64,000 bases of DNA from a virus (lineage: Duplodnaviria; Caudoviricetes). A model generated the notes under the pieces. The model had not been told where the DNA came from. It made no database searches and saw only the letters and a program-made list of their open reading frames with translations. The stretch spans positions 1 through 64,000 of the IMG/VR virus record IMGVR_UViG_3300042452_000698; one strand, written 5' to 3'. Every line of letters begins with the position of its first letter. Within the stretch, counting starts at the first letter, position 1. The position numbers and the translations under genes are program-made. Of the stretch, positions 49,001-57,000 are shown in pieces.

Positions 49001-51098
49001 CAAAAACAGGATCTAATAATTTTTTAGCAGATGGCTTTAATACTAAATCTCTAATTGCCATATCTTGTAATGATGGTCTTCCAAGGGTGTGCATCATTAT
49101 AGCATTCGATGGCTTGTACTTAATTATTAATTGTGCTGAAGATATAGCCGCTCCACTTGGTAGATTATAGATATCTAAATATAGATTTTCAAAATATGAA
49201 CTGTTATTATAGTTATTTGATATTTGAAGTGGAATTATATATTCTTCAAACGATGTTCCACTAATTATTGGTAATGTTGATAATTTATAGTGATCTCCAG
49301 CACTATTTGATACTAAATTAAATTCTTTATACTGGTCTTTATCGGAAATAGATTCTGATGATATTCCAAATTCATCGGTTTCAAAAAATCCAGAAGATAA
49401 TGGAATAACTCCAGTTCCTTCTTGAAGATTTTGTAAAAATGCATCTAATTTAGGAGTAATATTTAGAATTTTATCGTCACTCCAGCCAACGATATCTAGA
49501 GCATAATCTCTTGTTCCGGGAGATTTTTTAGCAATAACTTTAAGACTTATTTCATCTACTATGAAGAAATTGTCTTGTGCTTGAACAGCTTTTAGCGTGG
49601 CGGCTTTATAAGAATCGTTGAACGATGGGCTAAAGTATCCATCGGAAAGTGAGTCTACGGTTTCTGGCGGTTTATGACTAAACCTTAATGATAATCTTCC
49701 ACTGTCATTTTCTGGGTCTGTATATACTAATTTAATATAATTTAGTGGTGTTGTATCTTGTAGTTTAGATGTTAATACTCTACTTCCAGAAACAGATGTA
49801 TTTCTTGCAAAATTACCAAGATCATCTAAAGAAGACTCCCAAACGCCTTGGGACTGTGGATAAATACCTAGATCTGTATCACTGGTTATTACCTCTACAG
49901 GAAGTATATTTCTTATTAATCTATTTCCTATGGCGTTTACTTCTGTGTAGAATCTTAGATAATTGCTATTTATAGCACCATCACCGCCGCTATTAGCAAT
50001 TTCTATAGCAGATATTCTTATAGAATTAGTTGGATTTAAGGAAAAATTTTGAACCTGTGTTGATAGTGGAGATCCGTCAAAAGATAAATAACTATTATTA
50101 GAAGAATTAACAAAATCTAGTTTACAAGTATCTTCATAGCCCTTATCAAACCCTTGAGAAAATGGATCATCCAAACAATCTATTGCAAAATCTATATTTA
50201 AGGTATAGCCACTTGGCTCATTCATTAATGGGAAATTAGTATCCCAAGTATTTAGTTCAAGATTATTTATTTCTGGTTCTGAAATATATGTTGCAAAGTT
50301 TACATAGTCAGTATTATAATCAGCATCTCCCCTAAGAATAATATCTTTATATTTAATGATTAAGTTGCCAGAAGGATCTTCTAGCTTAATATTATGAAGT
50401 CTATATTGTGGAGGAATATCTGATGAATAGTTTGAAACTGGCGCGGCTGCGCGAATAAAAAGAAAACTTTCTTCTATGCTATTTGGCCTTGTGACCTCAA
50501 ATTTATATCTAAAATCTCCCTTCGTAAGAATAGAAGATGGTTGAATATATGACTGTCTTTCGTCTGAGATTATTGAACCATTGCGAGTTGGTGTAACATA
50601 ATCTCCAACGTAAACGCCCTCATCAATATTACTATATAGATTTGTGCTATTTAGGTTCTTATCTACAAAATAGCTATTATTTAAAGATGTTACTATATCT
50701 CTAATTGGGAATAGCTTTTGTGTTGATAAAAATCCGTTTAAGCCTTTTATTTTTTCTGTGTTACCACCAAACTTATCAACTTTTACATTCTTAAAAGAAC
50801 TAACAGAAGTATTTTTAGAAGATAATGATAAAGAACATTTGGTCTTTGATCTAATTGCTCCAATACCAATATTTTTAGATATTAGATTTGCATTTAGTTT
50901 TGTTTTTGGCAAAACGTTTGCTTTGGCTTCATTTTTAGAAACTATTAATACTGATTTAGATACTTTTGGAATTATATTACCAACAAAGTTTACTTTTGAT
51001 CTAATGTCATGCGAAACATTGATTCTACACTTAAGTCCAGAAGTAGACTTAATTTTAGATTCTTTTTTTGTTTCACAGTTTAAGCAAAATGTAGCCAT
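40041..51098 (-). CDS. Giant tail adhesin-like protein (3685 aa): FG-GAP propeller, vWA-like MIDAS motif, LamG-like and GldG/DUF4350-like segments
   Basis: Seven FG...GAP blades, IYVDNTRSM, two W-L-S-x-G-x-[RK]-x-L repeats, LxLY repeats. Confidence 0.7.
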   Translation of the reverse strand: MATFCLNCETKKESKIKSTSGLKCRINVSHDIRSKVNFVGNIIPKVSKSVLIVSKNEAKANVLPKTKLNANLISKNIGIGAIRSKTKCSLSLSSKNTSVSSFKNVKVDKFGGNTEKIKGLNGFLSTQKLFPIRDIVTSLNNSYFVDKNLNSTNLYSNIDEGVYVGDYVTPTRNGSIISDERQSYIQPSSILTKGDFRYKFEVTRPNSIEESFLFIRAAAPVSNYSSDIPPQYRLHNIKLEDPSGNLIIKYKDIILRGDADYNTDYVNFATYISEPEINNLELNTWDTNFPLMNEPSGYTLNIDFAIDCLDDPFSQGFDKGYEDTCKLDFVNSSNNSYLSFDGSPLSTQVQNFSLNPTNSIRISAIEIANSGGDGAINSNYLRFYTEVNAIGNRLIRNILPVEVITSDTDLGIYPQSQGVWESSLDDLGNFARNTSVSGSRVLTSKLQDTTPLNYIKLVYTDPENDSGRLSLRFSHKPPETVDSLSDGYFSPSFNDSYKAATLKAVQAQDNFFIVDEISLKVIAKKSPGTRDYALDIVGWSDDKILNITPKLDAFLQNLQEGTGVIPLSSGFFETDEFGISSESISDKDQYKEFNLVSNSAGDHYKLSTLPIISGTSFEEYIIPLQISNNYNNSSYFENLYLDIYNLPSGAAISSAQLIIKYKPSNAIMMHTLGRPSLQDMAIRDLVLKPSAKKLLDPVFDNASGSYITNIPNAFSLESKTNYARRWRGVDGNIVYGPYNPNEFDFSFFNPEADQPFLNGYYDFTNISGNFVISDNYSNSGYFSNSLNVLKNIGWRFKDEQLFTHNTDYTTIDWTQVGDPLHEKITDSFDSAILVGGNSGTLSFSNTSFSSGAALYVRFSPNYDYNNDIQNTIVSKGSSFALYIDNSTEQLVLSVGASSFDDLLDVTSVNYPLSLLLTYNSNEPRINLYHKNETNNTNDLLISLNQSLPTSTSDLVFGDSNYDNALFIHEIGISTSGNIVSSNPNRLLKQTTVNSFLNNDLYSYVDENVSFWKIGDFNTCAFSPDFDHLLRREGKDYIFHSLTHDGRPYSEIINLPLPSNIYASGLAYHTQIENDFLRFYLSDIQDNDDTSRFHSVVPRISKTIPRGYNFTEDALVVDSVITHSTYNDISWSDGKIGPKLIVSLYTKNKEPVDRPSKTNWGLINRAIHYLQPSGCVQKISSKFTYNDLIDTSEPWASFDSETYITEFNEKFYSKDIDDMFLQYDLVYPSGQAFKSKIRIDSINVGLKAIVKELNENNTINLISSGELKALSSLDLHTKGFDFVVDSLNMFSSGQAIPLVSGALSFYSFGAYIHDNNIPLYCHNVGSHNKALFTYISGRTDKFAENNLALFTQNLLADQSALNSLVLSVFNKPQVEYLNNSIGFYVYSIPQLVNSFPSATTNLFINGFYKDPLSQNSALPLYLNGVPAAEFIASGLSLYTINYPANPLLNKQETISWNSENVGKDITTLDNQESYLDANDEIRGVDLDCFGECGTENNCAEDIVESHSILYSPPESCVDGGIFRPQNTYTNLETSGFRTEVGYSGHFYGIRKYDNLLPQSPYSIVIEAQTGSNRPIELPFEFTEVEYGSNDYVGYSGISLLNNEIQPTDEYGKCGDIKNDLMVVGAPKHDLVYYEYDESNNLTSGILEDAGAVFVYRREARPSGNTWPVDKHKSPWTLETKLTLPSGMLKDYFVPRYTNTIGNIPLPLPITERLWQVGQEGREFGHSVAIGVNSGIKSFEENQREIIVVGGPNSKWTPRPLEELQTSGVQVGLLIFTDEFTPNVTRRSPTGQAYVDNYTSILSKIQNKDLIFKYFSDPPVSFDVKIIICEPLSDYSNRIPLESPQTDFITKRTISRNQGFITAERNEKILSGIKEAFHSAFPYDSTKINNNIPAMLGIYVDNTRSMRNAIDGQVSSLNNFINYYQSYSFASGLRDFYNTPSSGAVVRHVSAPSHWIDAANSMLDYVLDTGRLLQDNQVRFFTSGVGQDAFNENLSQFNYPPDSGGKVFIFEKESGYWNLVQEIKSSNITYSHPDRFGHAIAISDNTEVIAIGSPYISDSCQVFEYKQSEKDRIFNEISSWVAHKSSITGGVGRYATLISDYYSWVAKYGYDYSNKILYSKLTSTEKFEARKYLNIQEYKQVLSYNQGNFVGKSKWNFIIDEFAPTARLGYSAAVNDDGSIVAFGAPTDSLNQWDDARVYYKNLGYLNTEDTSLNTNIITPAWRSNVNAGAVRIFESRKYYPHNKVIEYGKFGNLQKELGLPEDSGHFNYLPTIFQDNNFEVTPFSQVNIPQDAGLAFIITPSVDALSNEVLDNIVEWLSLGDRNLVLVGNDPTWESSGVYSESNEIVNKILEELDSRMKLFPARNQLEACLDNESLGIPTFVDNSTPTYISKTNVNIHGVADIRTNFDNIPLLKDKVIYSSCSSENVDLGNEVVVTLPTANTKCELPIKNAGDLRAQWYKYCIGCGGRREKYAVNIPFYFSTFTPLCNCDEEETKKSLASSRVNGKNQEPIPILAAAKKQIETIVIPSSGPVYGTRPTYSTETYTSNSLFVTFDENDVGESTSFIWSIDDQVDAEYLIGSNNIIQPQPQDGTSGILQILASPFSEQTFGKKQVSDKAYFSVEQSLYNSKIIAIAGLFTESESVLYNAGLDKSFANDENINFYVNMVSKSSDGGSRIKFLSSQWVGRSSFTDAYPDSQLHGVFLDNGNFIEYSDTIYSYDDVCWIANPKNIPNDIELTAIKSWLSIGNKKLIVTHDSSIEQMNIANSLFDLLGSDIESLYLPVDDVYVRIRLNQENYIRLNPNHPISIGYNDAITSIQQINFTGLNSIEFISFKLNNNIIPIAYYGGPVYDTEVITNGYWSINSQAKVSFPAIAGSGYKIFINTKSDNEYESQTLNVSTQNVSISPKIPYPTFPIDIYQDFASTRSVSFNAQVKENKNTIDFYITSYVPTISNVDGYIPKTPKLISISGVPIGIKENIATSTYSVNVQTGYENYLISNGEPERIVTREFFDFIKNKNTQYCQEDCLDSGFDDQLIADGPVIVAQEQEHITSFNAGYNRSRITLIADSSLVQGRYLGDDQGRIPLSTLNFISSLYPQTNFASANAGRQFNQQTKIVAPERGSPQKYLSLVSNSGLSNKFAGSIPSKQPNLFNSIESHYDPRYVIYPLDPWDISDDEISIESKKNAARQAFMLQETNFGAKSKFTEVVDGTLYKDINIYGGLPQLLKDKGYDHIDFNKLPSGYPGDLFGYSIALHNNKLIVGAPFTAFSDEIINPWQQYIDGGSSSGIELSYNGGAGSVFVFEKTFSGSGLHGTLTPWEFIQKLRPSSVNIGQDIYDGNGSGVLGTHNYGSGYLANNSIITDQFGLSVDIDSDIIVVGAPGHDFNNKYINTSGSFIRKEFNEEFYIPQRIVTDLGSSGIRLQNSGNALLNNGSIFTFENKIIDWSTKDKKWTFVEKIVPVSGCDNQNFGSIVSIDRLFRTDADYTVFAGSNSGIYSSGSSYSYDIMLRQPPPSIPSPEAFIQAKVFGERDSAGNPNVFISVQNSGENNQKYFASGTIFSDNKGQIFIEVSGQDPAIKGFISHRPFIKSIDGQYTFGTPNNGNITLYTNGSNFINQNLHIFTSVDDKAIVYNSLGLYNSAIIDFATNLPSGFILYTNCPDPVEINNSGLTLYASGIGSQSDKLNLRIRGKA

Positions 51099-54000
51099 TT
51101 ATATAACGCCTGTCATATTTCCTTGTAGTCTTCCGCCCTCTACTACTTTGTAATTTTTGATCTTTTCCCCAACTTCTGTTAAAATCTCTTTTTTAATTTG
51201 TCCAGCTAAACTTGATAAGAATGTTCCACCAGACAAGTTAACGTTTATGTTAGTAGTATCTAATTTAATTTGGAATTTTGTATTTTGTAAATCCTTAATA
51301 TTCTTGGTAAGATTTGTATTGAAATTATTTAGTCCATTAATTAGGTCTGATACTAGGGCTGGGTCTATGCTAACTCCTTGGCCGGTTGCAACTCCACCGT
51401 TTTGCAAATACTGTACTTTTCCACCATTATTGTAATATCTAACTGATCCACCCTTAGAAAGACCGGCAGAGTTTGCTCCACTATTAATAGCTCTTAATAA
51501 CTGTAAATTATTTCCTCTATTTACAGCAGCACGATTAACAACAAATTCTCCGGGAGTTAACATTGCTGGAACGGTATCGGTTCCGCGAGGCACAAACATT
51601 CCATTATTTGCATACACGGTTCCACCTCTATACATTCCAGCAGCTATTCTTCCTCTTTGTTCTATGTCTTGTATAATAAATTCACCCTTTTGCACATTAA
51701 TTGAAGCTGTATTTAGCTCCATTTGTGCCATATCAACTCCAGCTTGACCAGTTTCCGCTAATACTCCACCAAGTTCTCTAATTGTTGCTCGTCTAGCTTC
51801 TTCTTCTGGTGTTGTTCCAGCAAGTGATCTTGCTGCTCCAGCATCAGTCACTCCTCTGGCTCCTAATGCGGCGCCAGCGGCCATTTCTAATAATCCTCCG
51901 GGACCACCAAGCTGCATTCCAAATATTTCTTGGACGCCAGCGGCTTGTTGTCTTTGTATGTTTTCAAATGCTCCAGCTAGTGCGGTCGCTCCAAATTGAT
52001 TAATAAGATCTTGATTGCCGGTTGATATTGCTGCTGTAGCTCCTACCGCAGCCTGTTGCTCAAAGAACTTATCAATATCACCTTTAATTAATGATTCTAG
52101 AGACTCTTTTTCTAGTCTATTCTTTTCTTGAACAATCTTTAGTTCTTCTTGTTCTAGCTTGATTAATGATCTTATAGTATCAACTTGTTGCTTATATGCT
52201 TGTTGTAAATCTTTTTGGTTTTCTGCTGCTTGTACTCCACCAACACCCTCTAAGCCACCTTCCGTTCTTGATCTTTGCTCAAATCTTGCTGCTCCAGCAA
52301 CCATCTCTACATTTCTTCTTCTTAATTCTGCTGCGCTTCCAGTTCTTAAACTAGATAGTCCAACTCTATCTCCTTGAGCATTAGATTTACCTAATATTAC
52401 TGATCTTCTTTCAGCTTCGCTGACAGCCCTACCTCCAGCACCAGCTTGAATTTCTCTTCCTTCTAGATATAAATCTAAAGCCTCTTGTTGTGCTTGAACA
52501 AGGTTTCTTTCAGCGTCTATTCTTGTTTTAGTTAGATTTATTAGTACTTGTTCTGCTTTTTGTCTTTCTTGTGAAATTTTTACTATATCTTCAAGTTGCT
52601 TCTTACCAGCTTCAGTAATTTGATCACCAAAAGCAGAAAAATCACCAGTACTAATGAACTTATCTATATCTTCTGGATTTAATTTTAGATTATCTAATAT
52701 AGATGTAAGATTTTTCTTTGCATCGCCCTCAAGACCAGAAGTTAACTCATCAATAAGAGCTTTCCTAACATCATCTGCGCTGTCAGCGTTTGACTGTCCA
52801 GCTTGTAGTCTTGCTTGTAGGTCAGATCTAACTTTAGAAAAAGACTTATTATAATTTTGTTGAACCTTAATAAATCCTTCTGTGTTTGCTCTAAACTTTT
52901 CTGGATTAACTCCCATTTTTTCTAAATTGCTTGCAACATCATCTATTGCGGCCTTGATATCTGCTGGATTCATTGCTTGGGCTGCGCTTCCAACAGCCTG
53001 AGATAAAAATTCTGCATTAGCAACAAATGTGTTTCCACCAACTTCTAATCCGGCAGCAAACCTGTCCATGCTAGCACTCATTGCGGTTGCTGTTGCGGTT
53101 GGCCCCCTTAAACCAAGATTCATGGCATCAAATGCAGCTTTAGCTCTAGCAACCTCTTTTTCGAGATTTTTCATCTCGTCATCAACTTGCCTTATTTCTT
53201 CTCTTAGTTGCTTTAATGCTTCTTCTGCTGCCTTTGCTCCCTCTTCATCTCCAGCACGACCTAACCTATTTACATCGCTGCTTAAAGTTTGTAATCTAGC
53301 TAATTTGTCTCCAGAAGTTCCAACTCCCAGTGCTTCATTTCTAATTTCTTCTGCTGTTTTTCCTCTAGCAAAACCAGATCTTATTGTAGCTGATCTTGCT
53401 GGAGATTCTAGAGCAAATGCTTCTGATTGGAATTTAGAAGCTTGACGAATTTGTTCTGCGCTTTGTTTTCCAAGGCGCTCGTTTCTTTGTGAAACGGATT
53501 CAACACCTCCAAAACTCAAGAATGATAAAATATTTCTTCCAACACCGCTAACTCCACCGCCTCTATTTTCAAGATTTTTTGTTGCAAAATCACTAGCGCG
53601 TTTTTCTTGATTGTTAGCTTCGTCTGTAGCCGCTCTAATTCTAGATAAAGCTTCTGACGCTGTTATTGTTCCATTTTCAAAATCCTGCATTGCACTGGTT
53701 GCTGTTTTTTGTGCTTGCTCAAGAGCTTTTTGCGTTTTAACAGCGCCAGCCTGAGATGCGGCCAGTGCCTCAATACTATTTAAAGTATTACCACCAAAGA
53801 ATGTTCCAAGACCAATTGCAAATTTTTTAATTAATGGACCAACAACTGGAAGTTCACTTCCTAATTTCAACAATCCAGCCGTTGCCGCCCCAACAGCAAT
53901 TCCATACGGTCCAAAAAATGCGCTCGCGGCTATAATCGATGAACCAAGACTATTTACAGCATCTGCCCCAGCGGCCTCTACAGCGTTTGATTTAGCTTTC

Positions 54001-57000
54001 TGAATATTGCCTTCTTGAATAGCTTTATTTGCTTTGTTTTGATAGTCAATGAACGAATCAACGACAGAAGTTATTCCAGTAAAAGCTAAACCTACACCTA
54101 TTGCTATACCATTAAGTTTAGTTAGATTAGCTAAACCTTTACCAATAAGTCCACCAGCTTGTGCAGATGTAGAAGCTCCACTACCAATTACAGCCTTTGA
54201 AGGATTTTTTAATGTAGCACTAATACCTTTTGTAAATTGCGATCCAGTATTTCCGGCAAAACTCGCAGCAGACGATAATCCTTTACTAACTAATCCGGCT
54301 CCGGGTATTCTAGATAAAGCTTGACCACCAACACTTAAAGATTTACCAAGAAATCCTCCAGCCTTTTCTCCGACGCTCTTTGAACTACTAGCTATTCTAC
54401 TAAAAGTAACATTTGGCATATTTAATCCAGCACTAAACCCTCTACCTATTTGAGATTGATTTATAGATGACCCAATTGATCCTAATCTATTTCCAATAGA
54501 ACTTGCGCTTCTATTAACAAAAGATCCAGCCCTAAAAGCGCCTTTACCAAGCGGTCCTCCACCGCCAATTTGACCGCCGCCAGTTAATCCTCTTGTGGCA
54601 TTTTGTAATATACCACCTATGCTTTTCGGTCCAGTTCCAAATAAGTCTTTTATATTTTTAAGACTAAGGCTAACACCAAAAGCTTCTAGAGCAAAGCCAA
54701 CTGTTGTTATTGTAGAAACTAAACCAAGTAATTCATGAGCCATTCTGGTTGCGGCGCTAGCATTTTCATCAAGCGCAGGCAAGAAGCTTTGTAATAATCC
54801 AACCGTCATAGATGCCGCGAACATTTTATTAGCAGCAACATTTTCTACAAGAGATTTTTTCTGTTGATCATTGGTTTGAGCGACTTGTTGCGTTGTGGTA
54901 TTTGATGCTTGTGTTGTTTTTACAAGAGCCTGTTGAGCATTCGATAGATTTCTAGCTTGTCTACTTAGTGTGTCAAATGGTATATAATCTCCACCAGCAG
55001 CAGACATAACTGGACCAGAACCGCTATATGCTGGTGCAGCGCCGCCGTTATTAAATCTATGTACTACTCCACCCTTAGCATATTTGCCAATTTTATTCAT
55101 TCTGTTTAATGAACCATAACCAATGCTCTTAGCTGCACTTCTATTAATAACAAACTCTCCGGGTGTTAATAGTGCTGGTACAGTATCTGTTCCAACTCCT
55201 CCTCCAGTAGCAAATTTCCTCATTGCTCTTGGGCCTTTACCCCTAAGAGCGTCCATTGCGGGTTGTTTGCTTCCACCTTGGGTAAATATCATATTACCAA
55301 GTGGTATACCAAACAATTGACTTAGATATTCAGCAACTCCGGGTACTCTTTGTGATTTACTAATAATAGATAGTTTGCCCGGCTGTAATTGTCCAGACTT
55401 AATTGCTGTTTGAAGTTCTCTTCCGAATGCTGTTAATGGTGCAGATTTAATGTCACGAAGTCTAGCTGTTGGATCGCGGAAGTATTTATTTAACGCAGCA
55501 GATTGTTGACCAGAAGTTTTTGCTCGTCCATAAGCTTGATCACCAATGGTTCGCTTTAAAGTTCTATCTATGTCAATTGCGCCACCGCCAGCTTTTATTA
55601 ATGCCGCAATAGCAGAGCTTGGACGAGGCATCATTGTTCCGGTTGCATTAACTATATCATCAATTAGCGGTGCTTTTGCTAAACCTCCAAACGCAAATTT
55701 TGATATCATTCCGCCAAAATGTTTTTTCTTACTAAAAGAACTCTTTAGTACTAGTGATTCTCTTTTTTTCTTTTCGTTTTCCGTTTCTGGTCTAACAAGA
55801 TTATTTTGAACTGCTTCAAAAGCCAAAGCGTTAGATGCTTTTGTTTGAAATTTAGATGGAATAGATTGTGCTAAAGAAGATTTTGCATCTACATATTTTG
55901 AAGTTAAATTTTTATAGTCATCTTTTAAAACGTTTGATAAACCAGTTTCAAAGTCGAAAGCTCTTTGCGGTTCTGTTGAAAATGGTGAACCAGATAATAC
56001 TTTAAGCGTATCTTCAAATAAATTTCCTCTACTAGCATCATTAATACCAATTAAGAATCTATTAATATCGTCTGGTGGTATGCGAGTCCTTGAGCCAGAA
56101 AGCCCTAAATCTAAAGCTAAAGCCTGTGCGGAGTTTTCAGCAACTTTTACAAGATTATCATCAATAATTCTACTAAATGAATTGTATGTCTGTCCAGATA
56201 GCCCTTCTCTTTGTAGAGTAAAACTTTTTTGAGATTTAATTGGATAATTATCTGATAATCTTAAGTTTTTAGGCAATTTATTTTCTATGTCTTGTCTTGA
56301 AACTTTGACTGAATTTGATGAATCAAATCCAACATTTTCTAAAATAGCTGCTCCTATTGTATTTTCATTAATTAATCCGCCATTAGCATAGCGATTTTCA
56401 TTCATCGCTGCTAAATTACTAGCACCAAGTCTATTAACGCTGCTTTTTCTTATAACAAACTCTCCCGGCTGTAACATTGCTGGAACAGTATCCCTATTTC
56501 CAGAACCCGGAACCATTCCACCCCTTGCAAATTTATGTACTTTACCACCCTTATTGAATGTTCTTCCAGATGTTAGACCGCCACCAATACCTCCAATAAA
56601 ACTACCAATTCCTCTTACTAATCTAACGGCGGTTAATGCTGCTAATAATGGTAACAGAGGTTTAACGGCATCTGCAACTTTGATAAGAGCAGATGCTAGT
56701 GTTAATGCAGTATTTGCCATTATCTGAAATGTGCTGGTTTCAGTAATGCTTCTTATTAACGCCAAGAACTCTTCTTTTACTTTTGTTATTCTAATTGCTA
56801 AGGCTTGTTGTGCCGTTGCGGCGTCTTGCGTTAAACTATTTCCAGCTTTATTTGCAACATTAAGTGCCTGTTGAGCAACAGAAAACTGTTGTAATAATGG
56901 TAATACTTTACCAATTTGTCGGAATCCACCAAGTTCTTCAGCAATTCTAATAAATGTAATATCGCCTTCACCAAGACCAGCAAGTGCGCCACTTAATCTT

